A stretch of 58,782 nucleotides of DNA, the filler included, from Bipalium vagum (taxonomy: Eukaryota): NCBI GenBank assembly GCA_037834085.1. It is 3 parts of 3 records of this genome, joined end to end, with 100 filler letters (N's around TTAATTAATTAA, not from the genome) between each part and the next. Parts side by side here need not be neighbours in the genome. Positions count along the whole stretch, not along the records: positions 15,734 to 42,614 come from JBBMKC010122031.1; 2 more parts are not named here. One strand, written 5' to 3'. The position numbers and the translations under genes are program-made. Shown piece by piece: positions 26,401 to 40,379 of this stretch (position 1 is the stretch's first letter; each line of letters opens with the position of its first letter). The notes under the pieces are model-generated. The model saw only the letters and a program-made list of their open reading frames with translations. It ran no database searches and was not told where the DNA came from.

Positions 26401-29400
26401 TTCTAAAATAGAGAAATTTTAAAAATATCTGTCTCATTACCAACACAGTTTCGTACTTCGTATCGAAATCATTTTTGTATACAATTCGGAAGTAATCAGA
26501 GGTATTGGTAATTGTCTGAGGAAAAGTTTTATCAGACCTGTTAGCGTTTCAATATCCTTAAATCGTGGATCCGTTTTGAAATTTATCGATTCTACATCTG
26601 GAAAAAAGCATCATTTTAAAATGTCAAAAAATAATGTTTTGTCAATTTTGTTTATCTGGTTATTCATTTCAACAAATCAACAAAAATTAATCTTCTGTGT
26701 TCAGAATAATCTTTAAAAAATGATAACGAAAAAACACATTTTGGGAAAAATTTGGATTACAGTATTTTAAAGCTTAAATCAACTAAAACATGTTCATTAT
26801 GTATCCGAAATAGTCTTCAAACATAATTTTAAAGTAATTAAATAATTTTTTGCATTTTTGTCATTCCCAATTACCTATTTCTAATTTTATTTTCATTCTA
26901 TTTGTGGACCTTTTAAATTCTGCTTTTTTAAAGATTATTTTCCTTGAAAAACACTTAATTCGCTCAGACATTAGTGATGTGTATTTAAATAACTTTTTAA
27001 CATGCTTTTTTCTACAGCCAAGGATTATATAATAAAAAATTGTTGTTTTCTGTAAATCTTTACATGTAAACATTAAATAATGACTTTTCACTTTCATTCC
27101 TTTAATTTTGTATTTCCGCACTCAATTCTGAAGACCTATTGAATTATACTAAAAAGATCATACAACTCTGCATGATAGAATTGGTCGCATCTTATTTCAT
27201 TAGTTAACGATGGTATTGACAAAATCAGAATGTCGTTTATATTTATCTCACGTCACTTCTAATCAACATCACACATTTGATAATTCCACCTGAAACTTCT
27301 ATCGATATTGATTTTGTGTCCCGGGACAAGTTCAATCAACCTAAATGGCGCTACATTATTGTTACGATAAACATGAAGACAAACTATTGACATCTCTTAA
27401 AATGAACCTTACAATTTCGAAACCGATCAACGAGATGAATTTTAATCGAGTAACACAAATGGGTCAAATTACAACACTGAGTAACGAGTTCGGTCAATTC
27501 TCGAAAACAAACGAACAGATTTCAAAATGTAAAGTGACTTGGTTTTGGTAACACAAATATAAGTCGTATCAAAACGGTTACAAGTAATCGAAAACTTGCA
27601 TATTTATTTACTGTACGATAACAGTGAATAGATCAGTTGAAAAAGTGACTTATTCGGTCCTGTTTCTATATTTTTTAGATTTCGATAAGACTTAAAAATA
27701 GTATTAAGAAGCATATTGTCACAGTAATAAAAATGGAAAATTATTACCTTATATCTCAAATCAAGTGAAGTTTTGTAACAAATAAAATATTAATGACAAA
27801 ATGTGAAAAAGATTTTGATATTTTTTCCCATTCTTTATTTTAAAACTGTTTCGATAAATAAACGACATTAAACTAAAATTGTTGGAGAAACGTGATTTGT
27901 TATCATCAGTTTATTAAAAATTTTCAATAAACACTAAAAAAAATGTTTACATTAAAATAAATAAAAAGGAATCGAAAATTTATTTATTAAACTGAATTTT
28001 GAGAGGATTTTAAAAATAAAGAAACTATAAATTTTTATATAAATAGCCTTAACCGTAAGTAATTTAAAGGTCTGAAATAAGCGATAATCAGAAGGACTTA
28101 TGTCTGACGAGTGTGGAGTATGAGTTAATAGATTTCAACTCACCTCCTTCAACTTGTGTTGCTCATAACGATTGCCAATAACTTTTCTCCTGGTTTCAAT
28201 AATTTATGCACTTAAATATCATTTTGATCATATCATATAAATTGAGTTTTTACGATTGAATTTGTTACCTGATCTGAGTCAATCAATGATCTTTTACGCA
28301 TAAGTTTTCCAAAATAAATTCAATTTAGAGATTATCCTACTTTTCTGTTTGCTTTCTTTTGTCAATTCATATACCACTTTCAATCCGCATGAACCTTTCC
28401 AATGTCACTTAAGGGGTTTAAAATTTCTTCTTGAGTGAAACATTCAATTCTTTTTTAATACTTTGTATCTGTTAGTTGAAATTTATTCGGAGATACTGGG
28501 ATTCGAACACAGGACCTTTCAGATGCGCATGGACTGCTCTGACCACTGAGCTACATCCCCCGACTAATTTTCAATTTATCTCACAATATCGAGTCTTAAT
28601 TTAGTGCATAAATCTGAGTATATTATATATAAAATAGCTTTGAATTTTAACAGCTAAATTTATCGAACCATTTTTCTTTCAAAATATCCTTAAAGATCCT
28701 TTGGTATTTTTACTTTTGAATCTGAGATGAAGAAACATCGGAAATTTATATATGATAGTGTTAATTAAATCGAATTTGTTGAATTCTTTTGCTGAAAGAC
28801 TAAATTAGTGTGAAGTTCAAGAAAGTGCGAAAAATAGGTTAAATGCAAGAAAAAACAGCATTAATTTACAAAAAAGTAGAAGTAATTTCAGTGCTTTCGT
28901 TTTACTGATATATCAGGTAAAACTTTCAATATTTCATAACGTTTGGATCGTCAATAAGGTTCTCCAGATTTCCGCGAAATTTGTAAATATACTGAAACGT
29001 CTTTTAAAGCGCAAGTCATTATCTTGACGTTCACCAATTGAAACAGTCTCAGGAGAATGACAATAAACTTTCCCAATCGATAACGAACAAGCCAGATCAA
29101 TAAACGATAATTAATCTAAAAAAGAGCCAATTCATTTAGTGACAATTTTAGGAGATATTAATTCTCAAAAAATTTATCAGACTATATTTAATTTTTAAAA
29201 AATTATTTTTGGCATGAGAAATTTTGAGGAAAAGTGACTGAGAATGAAATAATTTGAATTTTTGAATATCGGAAATATTTCTCTCTTCCTTTCAGGTTTA
29301 TATTATTATTATTACTGCTACCGAATATTACTATTGTCGTAATGACCAAAGACCCATAAGACATTTTTCAACGAAATTAATTAATTAAAAAAAATATTTA

Positions 29401-32400
29401 ACACATACCTGATAATAATCAATAAAAATTACAAAAAAATAACGCTTTTATGAATACAAAAATAAGGAAATAAATTTTTTTCCCTTTTTTTAAGATCAGT
29501 ACTTTAGTTGGCTAAAGGGAATCCGAAATTTGCTTTACTGATTAATGATGAAATAAGATATTGGTCCAGAAAAGTAACAAGACTCACAAAAAATTAAAAT
29601 TATCTGTAAATGAAAAGAATAGAAAATTAAAATATAAAGAGAAATTGAGAGTGAGGGAACATATAATGGAAATTGGTTTAGTGAACTTGTACGAAAAAAC
29701 AATAAATATTATTCAACAATGACGACTGAAAAACAATAAATTATCAACCAAATCACTTTGAACGAGCCGCGCTTGCCACCAGTCGATTATACGCACATAA
29801 CAATAATTTGTTCTAAATATCAATAGAAAGGTTCATGGGCGAGAAATAAATGTATAAATGGGAAATTGTGTTGTTATTAGGAAATTTGATCGACCACTTC
29901 GATATTTATCAAATTTATTTATTTGTCAAAGAAAGTACTTTCGTTGAAAATCTAGAACTGACACACATACTAACACACAAACACGCCCATTCAAGTGACC
30001 AATGATATGTGACAATACTGAGAAGAAATGAGTTTCACCACGGTGACTCACACAAAAAAGCCAAAAGTACATTTACATTGTTCCTTCGAGATAAGAAGAA
30101 TATTATTTATAATCTGTAGGACACACCAGTATAATCGCACCAATGATAGTAGAGTGGGATAGTTGTGAAAAATGGAAATATTTATTTATAATTAGGTTGT
30201 TGCCAAGGTAACAATTTTTAAAATAAAAATTTATTAATAATAATACTAACACTAATGCTGATAATAATAATAATATAATGACAATGATAATAATGTTTAA
30301 TTCACCTTTGTCGAGATCGGCCTTAAGTTCTTCAATCAAATCGATATTGCCCGATATTCGATATAAACCCTGAACATTAAGATCGCGATCTTCAAGAGCT
30401 CGAATCAGTTTTTCAAAAACCAAAGGAATCGGTCGATTTTCGATTTTTGCCAAACTAGTCAGTTCGATCCCGAAGACTCTTTTTAACCGCTTCATAACCG
30501 GGAAGCAATCTGCCGGTACTTTATCTGAACATTTTTTGTGAGCTTGAAATCCACAATCGAAGCACTGAACGCCCTGAGCAACCAGGCCCCACATGAAGTG
30601 AGCACAAAAATCGCACCACTGTGGTCCAACGAATGTGTGAGGTTTGAAGTTATGATTCTTTTCCAAATGCTTGAAGCTATTCGGCTGATGACTATCGCTT
30701 ATGCTGTTTCTCGAATCCAACATCCGAAAGAAACGACTGGACAACTTTCTGCCGGATAACGAACTGGATTGTGATATATCTTTGTTGATGCTGGGAATGT
30801 CGGACTGATCAAAGACACTGAGTGACATGGAGTCTTCCAATGGCGTTGTGGGATAGTCGAATATTTGCTCATATTGGGAGCCTGTGGTCATTTGAGAGGA
30901 AATTGTTGAACTAATTGTGGAACTGGATTCATGAATTAAATTAGGTCTTTGAACATTCTTTGAACGTAGTGAATAATACAAAGATTTTCGCCGAGGAGGT
31001 GCGATGGGGGGCTCTTCTGAATTATCACAGGTAGTCTGTTACAATAAAAAACAATACATAAAAATAAAAAACTATTGTTAATATAAAAAATCACATTTCT
31101 TGACAGTTAGAAGGAAAAAAAAGAAAGGTTCTTAATATTTTAACAAAAAATTTTGTGATATTCAAAATAATTATTAAGTGACAATTTTTAAAATCAAATT
31201 TTGAAATCATTTTAATCATTTTAAGTCTTTTTATTATTGATTTTGCTTTATGAAATTATCAAAAGACAATGGTGAGAAATAATGTAAAAAATTAAGAACA
31301 AACACCAAAAAAAATAAATATATGATTGATTTTGTTGAAAAATATTTGGAGCTTTACAATTAGGATTAAAACCAAAACAAGTTTCCCAAATTCTTCCGTT
31401 TTTGACAGTCACACTTAAGATACAGTGATTAGAAGATCACGAAAACTAACTTTAAGGTGCGAGATGTCAAACAATTCATGGAAATGTTAAAAATCACACT
31501 ATCACCATTCACAATCGTTTTGATGATTTATTTTTAATGATAATTTTAAAAATCTTGCAATTAAAAATATATCAATAAATGAATGCAGCAGCAGAAGCAG
31601 CAAAAAATGTGGCAGTAGCAAATGTCAACAAATAATTATTTTGACAATGAATCATTTCCATTGATTATCAATTTAAAGGGAAAAAATCCACCAGTAAAAA
31701 GTTCATGGAAAAATTCTTTGTAAAAAAAGGAGTCCTCACAATGTTTCACATTCATTGTCATTGAGAAAGCAAAAGAAAAATAACAATGCAAATTCGTTAC
31801 ACTTTAAATTTTGATGGTGCCAATAAAGAATAGAATAAATTCTCACTTTGTTCGTCAAGGGAGTAAACTGGTCATTGACTGATTCCCCTTTGTCGATAAG
31901 ACCACCATCATCTGATCGGAGTGAATTAAATATTCCGCTATCCCAGCTGCCGTTATAATCTTCGATAGTAAAAGGAAGTAGTTTAACATTTTTAGTTTTA
32001 ACACATGTCTGATTATAGATATCTGATGGATCGACTCTTTCATAGTTCTGGGATAGACCTCGTTGGAATTTTTCGTGCTGGATTGTATAAAACCTGGACT
32101 TAAAATAAATATTGACTTTAGTAACTAGCGAACCAGTATTAATATGTAAATATTATTGGAAAATGTCACCGATAATATTAATTTTAATAATAATAGTAAT
32201 AATTATTATTTTTATTATTTAGGTCATTGTTTGCAAAAACCATTATTGTTAATGATCAAGAATTCTTAGAATACCGATTTAAATTACCAATACTTGAAAA
32301 ATTCAAATAACAATAATACTTATCATAATGGAAAAAAATAATTCTAAAAATTCTAATTTCATAAATTGTAATGTTTTATCAATTTTTCGCAATTTTTTTT

Positions 32401-35400
32401 AGGAAAATATATCGTTATTCTTTTATCCACACAAAAAAACTAGTCAAATGCTTAAAAAAACAAAAATGACAATTAAATTTATGATATAAGAAAAATTATT
32501 TATTTATTCATAAACGACATTGAATGATGTTTTATAAAATTAATTACTGTGGGAAAATAATCTTGCTTCTACTAAGTTAAGAATTATTTTAATTTTAATA
32601 AAAAAGAATGAATAAATATAAATAATGATAGATTAAAGTCAGATTTCCTTAAAAAAAATAATTGTTTCATTAAAATGAGAAAAGAAATGGATTTTATACC
32701 GATGGTTATAAATAGTATTCATAAGTGATAATCGTTAAGTAACATTACAGTGCAGTCATCTTAATATCTCAAATAAAACCATTTAAATTAAATTTCTTTC
32801 AGTCGATATCCCTGTTTTATTCTTAAAAATGAAAGTTTTTTCCTGAATACTACCAAATTATTTGGGTAAAAATTCAAGAAACTGTTGTAATAATTCTATG
32901 ATTTAATTTTAAGATAATCAAGACGATATCATTAATTCCTCTTGATATTTATTTTGGATAAAAAAATCAAAATCGAATGAAATAGATTATAAGAAACGTC
33001 AAAAAATATTCTACTTTGAATGTTACATTGGTGAGTTTGTCCCAAGAGTTTTTGAATGTGAATAAAGTTTTTTCACAGGAAAAAATACTTTATGGTTTAC
33101 CAATAAACACATTTATACAAAATAAAATTGAATTCTGAAAAAATGAGTTGAATTGTTAATTGATTTTTTATTTTATTTTGTAAACATATCACATCATATT
33201 AGCTGTGATAAGATTAATTTTTTTCCTGTTTTCCTTCAAAACGTATAATAAGCAATAACGTTGAATAATGATTTATATTCTTATCCGCACCATGTGTCCG
33301 TCACTTTTAATAAATTTAATCAACACTCAATGGCAACATATAAACACAACCTCACAAATACAATTATTCTAAGAAATCATTAAATAAGCTCAGCACTTCT
33401 ATAGTCATTTCTTGCTCTGTGACGACATTTCTTTTAACATAAACCCAGTTTGAACTTCATAATTCGGATGAAAAATAAACCTTGGTATATTTCACTTGGA
33501 AAATATTAAAATGGAGTTTTTATTTTGAAAGGGTGAAATAAGTTAAAATATTACAATATAATAATCAATAATCGAAAAAAAATCGAAATTTATTATAAAA
33601 ACTAAAAATCACTAATAAAACAAATCAAGGTTTATTTCATTTTGATTTTGTAACATAAGATTATCCTAAATTAAAATGACAAATAAATATCTCATTCAAT
33701 TTCATTTCGTTATGGAATTTTATAAACTCAAATTAATTTTTGTTACTTTCAAATCATTTATTTATTTATGAACTGATCAGATATTTGTGAACATATGATA
33801 CTCCAAACCTTCCTCCCCTCTCTCCCGTCATAATATATTTACATTTAACTTTAAAATCCACCAATGTAAATATAGTGTGTACAAATCAAATCTCGGTTTT
33901 CACGATAGTCCTGAAATTTAAAAATCAACCTTTCCAAAATTCAAAATGAGAAACATATTTTAATCATAATTTATTTAACAACGTTCAGAATTCCATGCGA
34001 GAGCAAAATTTTTTTAATGATTTGGGTATTTATTTCTTAATATCTTGTTAAACAGTAACTAAGTTTATTATCTCCACTGCACTTAAAAAACGATTTCGTG
34101 AAAAAAATCAGTAAGAAGCTATATTTTCTAAAATAATCAAATCATTTAAATAAAGATATTTAAAATTAAATAACGAAATAATTAAGAGACATTTGTCGAT
34201 TAATTTTTAACTAAAATAAAATATTAAGCAGATTAATGAATATTAACATAATGATAAAACTAAATTTAGAAAACTCTCTTTAATGAAAAGATAAATAAGA
34301 ATAAAATATTAGAATTTTTTTTTAATATTAATATACATCAAGGAGAAATTTTACTATACTATTCAAATAAAAAAAATCACAAAACTATACTCAGAGTTAA
34401 ATATAGAATAAAAGTTGTCGAATAATAATAAAATTCACCATTATATATTTTTAGAAAATTTAAAGAATGAAAAATCTTTGACTATCAGCTTTCCCAAGTC
34501 AAAATTTTTAAGTTTAATTTTAAAGGATACCACTGAATAATATATTAGATTGGTACATAAGTTCCCGCGTTTTTAAAATTTGTCATTCTTGCTATTTCCA
34601 ACTTTGTTTTGCAGAGCAAAACTAATTATTTTGAAAGCGCTTTTTTAAGCTACAGCCATGTAATCATTATTCATTTAATAACTTAATATAAGTTCTACAA
34701 ATGGATATTCCAGGCAGCGAAAAAGTCATTTTAGGCATTTATTATATTTTTCCTTTTGCCGTGGTCAGAAAGCTACAGAAGCAGCACGAGACATTTGTAT
34801 TCATAAATATTTAGAGTTAAGTCTATTTTTTAGAAATTAATTTGTTTGTCATTTTAAAATTAAAATCTATTCTTATTTTATCATGACTTCAATTGAATTA
34901 TGAGATATATAAAACACTCATTTTTGTCAGAGCTAATAAGCTTTGTTACTACTTGTCAAGAAAAGAAATAAATTTCAGTCTTAACATTTAATAATTTTCA
35001 TTTCAGTTCACAAATTATCATTCACCAAATTAAATTAAAATACTCAACTGACCTTTTCCATTTAGTTTTATTTTTTTTTATCTAGATTAAATGAACTTTT
35101 AATATTAAATCAATGACGCTAATTAATAATTTTTACCAAACTCAATTCCATCTAAACATTACTTTAAATAAAGGGGTAAAAAATAATATTCAAGAATTAT
35201 TTATGAAGGATATATTTTTCACAATGTCTAGATTCATTAATAATAGCATTACTGATCAATTACTCTCAGAAAAAATTTCAATAAAATCATTCTTAACAAA
35301 GAAAGCTCGTTTGGTTTACAGTTTTGAAGATTAGAAGAAAAGTTTTTTCTGTTCAAAAATGAACCCTGAAAATGGTTGAAATACAAACCCGAAACATTTC

Positions 35401-38400
35401 CTTCCCATTTATTGTTATCTATATTATATAAAATCAATTCATCCACTAATATATAAAAATGTTAAAAAGTGAAAACCGACCAAAAAAGACCGTGTCGAAA
35501 TTAGAAAAATTTAAGTTCAAATAATTGAATACCTATTAAAAACGATACTAAAAGTTCACTTAATCTGTAACGAGATAGTGAAGAACATAAATATATTTGC
35601 AGATAAACTATAGATTTGAATTAGTCCAAATATGATTATCGAATTCGAAATTGAAGAATTAGAACAAGACTTCAAAAAAAACAAAAAACATAAAAATTTA
35701 AAGTGACAAAATGTATGATTAATGTAACCCATTAAGAACTTTTATGATTATTATTATTTATTATTTTATTAATAAAAATTAAAGTTCTCGTACGAAAATT
35801 ATAAAATTATTTTAGGAACCAATTATTACATATTTTATAAAAATATTATATTAAAATATTTTATAAAATTGTCGATCTTTCAGGATTTTTATAATTTCAT
35901 TTTAACAATTGTTACAATATTATGCAGTCAGTGAAATTTTTTCTATTAATATCAATATTTATTTTAAATGTCGTAAACACGAGGATATCACTATATAATA
36001 GCAATATTTTAATAAAAATCGATATTGAAATATTGAAATTTAACTTCGATTTTAAAAATTTGTGAAATATTTGTAACAATAAACAATGATATTTTTAATG
36101 AAAAGTAAATGTATTCAATCAACGGATTAATTAATTCAATTGTTAAAAAATTTCCATTATCACAACACTAGGTAGAGGAATTTTTAATTCTATTTATCAA
36201 ATGGAATTGGAAATTATATTTTTAAAAACTTTTTCTTCTCACTGTTTCTAGTAATTTCATTACTGATCAATAATTATACAATCAATACAATTGTTTCCTT
36301 CATTATTCTCATTGTCATAAACTGACAGTCACATTTCTCTAATTCCATCCTCCTCCTATTTATTTGTATGATAAAAATTCTGACCAATGTCATCTAGAAA
36401 GTGGTCTATGAATATAGTAACTTTGTGGAATAAACGTAATCAATATTTCCTATATGAAACAAAACTCGTTCTTGCAACCATAAAATCTGTTTTACTCATT
36501 CCATTATCTCTTGCTAAAAGAAAAGAAGTTGATTAAAAATAATAACGAGGAGATTTTTAGAAACCGATTAGATTTGGAAGCACTGAAGGAAATATGTCAG
36601 GAAGACAAAAATAATTTCCCATTTAAAAACGATCCAATGAAAACCATAAAAATGATTTTCCGTTAATTTTGATTTGAATTGACTTTTCCACAAAATTAAC
36701 CTGATTGACAAGAACAACATCGGCAGCAGCCAAAATTTTCCAACACCAATTCAACACTGCCTGCTTCGATGTGAATCAGATTCAGATTTCGTTTTTGTTT
36801 CTTTGGGTATTGTGATTTTCCAATTTTTGGGCGTTCACCATTTAAATAATTACAAAAGAAAATTGGTGAAACAATTTTCGTTAAACTTCAAAAGACAAAT
36901 CCCGAAATAAATCAATAAAAACGATTTAATAATCTATAATTTATCTTTGACGATAAATAAATTAGATTTTTTAAAAAATTTACGGAGTATGGAAATCAGA
37001 AGGATCAAGTAAAATAGAAGTAATCAAAAATTCGATTTTAAAGCGATTCATTTCGGAGAAATTGGTGAAAAAATTCAAACAGGCGGATACTAATGAAACA
37101 TGAACAGTGTACTGATTGATCCGTGTGATAATCCATAGTATCCCTAAAATGAACGGTAGTTGCTAAACAAATTGAACAGTTGGTAATGTACAAACTTCTC
37201 TCTCGTCTCTCACCACGCATCACCAGTCTCTGGACAGAAATATGTGCCGATATATTTACTACATGTACCAATCGTTTTGTGAGATTCACATCAAAGGTCA
37301 ATTGTGCACTGGAACTTTTGTCGATAAGAAGTACTTTTATAGAGGGGGAGTCATTTTTATAACTTTCCATCGAAACATATTGCACGAAACGACCAGGTGG
37401 AAAAGTTTGTGGGACAATATTATTATGAATGTATGAACAAATAAAAATAATAATAAATTAATAATTATATTAATAATAAAGTTTCAATGTAACACACAGC
37501 CCGTTACCAGCATCCTCAACTAATAACGGTGCCGCTATAAACATGACTAATGACATTGATTTTCTATTGAAAATGATTTTTCGACGCATTTTAATGGCTG
37601 ATGACTGATTATTACGTTATCGCAAAATCAATCAAGATAAAATCAATATTTTTTTATCGAGAAATGTGAATGAATGGTGCTGGTTACCTGATAAAATGGG
37701 GTTGCTTCATACACTTGAGATTCGGCGATCTTGCGCAAAATTTCAGCACCACGCGTCTCGATGAACAGATGGATGAGGCCGTCTTGCACCAGATCGATAA
37801 TATTGTTGAAAAATTTCGATCCTACAAAATGTTGACACGTTTCCGGATTGTAGTAGAGCACGTAATTTTTGTTCATGTGGTCGAATCTGATAGAGCAAAG
37901 AAAAAGCGATCAATTTCTGAAATTCCATTAGCTTTAATATTTAAATATTTATATTTGAGCATTTTAGATTTCGTTGAACTCTTCGCATTGCTTAATCGTT
38001 TTAGAATGTAAAATGTCTCATTAAGAGAAATCGATACAAAAGGCCACTGAGATCGTGTGAATACGTACGTGGTACGATCAGACATGTCAATGACCACTGA
38101 AATCAAACAAAACAATAAATAAATTTCGGTCTATCACATTGTGCGTTCATTTTACCAGACCTAAGCGTTTTGGAAAGAGCTCAAAAATTATTTCGGCCAC
38201 ACATTATAAAGGCCAAAGGAAGTCTTTAAATCACAAAAAGATTTTTCAAAATGAAGTAATTTTTTGATATGATTGATATATTTAGCAAAGATTGTATTGA
38301 TTTCAAAAGTCACATCAATATGAATTGTTTTTAAATTAAAATAAATTTACGAGCGAATAAACGATACAGATAGGAATGATCAAATTAGGAATTTACTCTA

Positions 38401-39714
38401 AAAAAACAGAAAATCAAGTGATAATTAAATTAGAAACCTTTCCAGGAAAATGTTGGGCTAGGTGTACTTGTGAAAAAATAATCATCATCCGTAATGGATC
38501 ACTGATCACATCTAGATCTAAAAACCATCGTTAGTTGAAAGGTAAACACTTCGATAGAGATTTAAACCTCAATCGGATTCAAAAACTAATCGAAAATTTA
38601 ATTGACATTTTAAATAGCATACGTTAAAGATCTGAAAACTCTAAAAGTGTTTTCGACGGACAAAATTCGATCAATCTTAAAATCATAAACGATGAACAAG
38701 GCTTCTATCGGATTGTCTTGATCTAAAGATTGGCAAAACTTGTTTTTAAATTGAAAAATTTGAGAATCTTATTCAAAACCCAAAAACCGATCTGGTTTTA
38801 CATTGCTTAAAATTACCAATGACAGATATAGGATTTATATAGAAAATCGATTGTTTTTCTCTTAAAAATAGAAGTGACGCCAGGCACATTAAAATATTAC
38901 GTCTCACTCTAGTGACTACAAACTTTAGAGATATTAAAGGTGAATTTTCTAACCTAAACCACAAGAAAAACGTAACAAAGGTAATAACGATTTTAAAAAC
39001 ATCATAATTAGTTTCAAAATGAATAAGTACAAAAAATGATAGCACTAAAAAGAAATAGATTTGAGGCATAAGAGTCGAGATTTTTACTCAGAAATCATAA
39101 CTCACCGTATAAATATTGATCTTATCGGACCGATTCGGCTTACTATTTCAAAGAAATTCTTTTACACTATTTTATAGAAAAATGATATTAAATATATTGC
39201 GTTAGTACATGGATATGTACGGACATATCATTGACTTAATAGGTGAAATAAGATAGAGGTGTTACATCATCTTCGATGTCAAGATCACACACTAATTATT
39301 AAAGTAACTATTTATTTTAGCTGATGACATTGAGTAACTAATGTCAAATTTCATCGACGTACTTAATCGCTAATTTAACTTCTAAATTTGGATTTGGTAA
39401 ATTAAATTAATTTTAAATACCTAATCACTAAAGTATAAGATCCGATATTTCTTTGACTGTCGCGAATTAAAAATGAACCGCTTGGATATTTTGACATAAT
39501 TTCTTCCGATTCGTTTCTGTCAAGCTTCCCGTGATATTCATCACCATATTGAATGGGTTTATTATCCAATTTTCTTTTATGTTTCACTATTATTGGGGTT
39601 GGTGCTTGTTGCTGTAATTTATACACTGAAAAAAAATGTTATTGAATTCTAAAATTTAAATTTTAAAATAATAAAGTTACATTCACAGTGCCAAATTTCT
39701 TTAGATAGATCCAT
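23413..39714 (-). CDS. CHN1: Chimaerin (SH2-C1-RhoGAP Rac GAP, CHN1/CHN2 family), 8 coding exons, 630 aa
   Basis: Exons (minus): 39714-39681, 39625-39421, 37886-37688, 32098-31847, 31035-30306, 26597-26457, 26402-26294, 23635-23413; all GT-AG and phase-consistent (1893 nt). N-terminus IWHCELYKLQQQAP resembles VWKSYLYQLQQEAP. SH2: YHGKLDR...GSFLIRDSQR. C1: HNFKPHTFVGPQWCDFCAHFMWGLVAQGVQCFDCGFQAHKKCSDKVPADC. RhoGAP: GLYRISG (Arg finger), KLFLRQLPIPLIT, MTSSNLAIVFAPTL. The symbol indicates the family; CHN1 vs CHN2 cannot be resolved. Exon 4 rests on splice signals and an open frame only. Confidence 0.92.
25400..25929 (+). mobile_element. mariner 3' fragment (chimaerin intron 7)
   Basis: NRKGIIFHHDNAKPQ, YSPYSPVMTPTDFYLLQSL; right TIR ...ttttgcaatgacctaa-TA. 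Confidence 0.8.
28030..28700 (-). mobile_element. Heavily decayed mariner relic interrupted by a tRNA-like element
   Basis: KWFDKF (about 28670), LKPGE (about 28195), HTPHSSDISPSDYRLF (about 28075-28125). Confidence 0.6.
28488..28560 (-). tRNA. tRNA-Ala(CGC)-like pseudogene or tRNA-derived SINE head
   Basis: GGGGATG TA GCTC AGTGGTCA GAGC A GTCCA TGCGCAT CTGAA AGGTC CTGTG TTCGAAT CCCAG TATCTCC G. Acceptor stem, D arm and A/B boxes are intact, but the anticodon stem is mostly unpaired and the T stem has one mismatch. Confidence 0.7.
34546..34803 (+). mobile_element. mariner 5' fragment (chimaerin intron 3)
   Basis: Left TIR ttagattggtacataagttcccgcg; HFRHLLYFSFCRGQKATEAARDIC. Confidence 0.7.
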
Positions 39715-40379
39715 ATTAATTTAAGACTATAAAAATGAAATTAACTAATATTTTATTTTATTTTAATATTATTTATGTCAAACTAAATATCAAACCATGG
39801 TTTAAATTAAATTAAACATAATAAAATTATTTATATGGTTACTTTAGTAAAAGTTATTTAACAATTAATTTTCAATCTTAATTATTAATATTAAAATTTT
39901 ACATTTGTTAAAAATTTTAATTTTAAGAATAAAAAACCAATATTTATTTAGTCGTTACTAAAAATCCAGATTCAACTAATATATATATATTTATATTTAT
40001 ATTTATAACTTTATTTTTAAAAATTACAAATTGTTTTTCAAAGAAGAATTGCAGTAATTTAATGAATTAATAAATATATATATTGAGGAAACTTATTTAT
40101 TAATTCGAGCAAATTTGCCTATTTTTCTAATAAAATTGTGTTGTTAATTCAATTTTCTTTTTTATAAATTTATGGTCTGGAATGTAATTTTATTTTCATG
40201 TGCTATCCAAATATTTAAAAGTATACTTTATCATTGATAGAATGAGATATAATATAAAATCTCTTAATTAAGATTTTCTTAATTTAATTGGTTCATTGTA
40301 GATATATTTCTAGTAATTTATCTTTTAAACCAATATATGATATCAAATAAATGATCTTCTCATACCTTGTTATTAAGAC

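Noticed and set aside
30103-30305. Hydrophobic transmembrane-like end of the 292-aa ORF
   Set aside because: Read-through into AT-rich intron after the donor at 30305; the RhoGAP domain continues at 26597.
37038-37436. Overlapping 60-115 aa ORFs on both strands
   Set aside because: No recognisable domain or convincing splice context; expected by chance in a locally GC-richer stretch.
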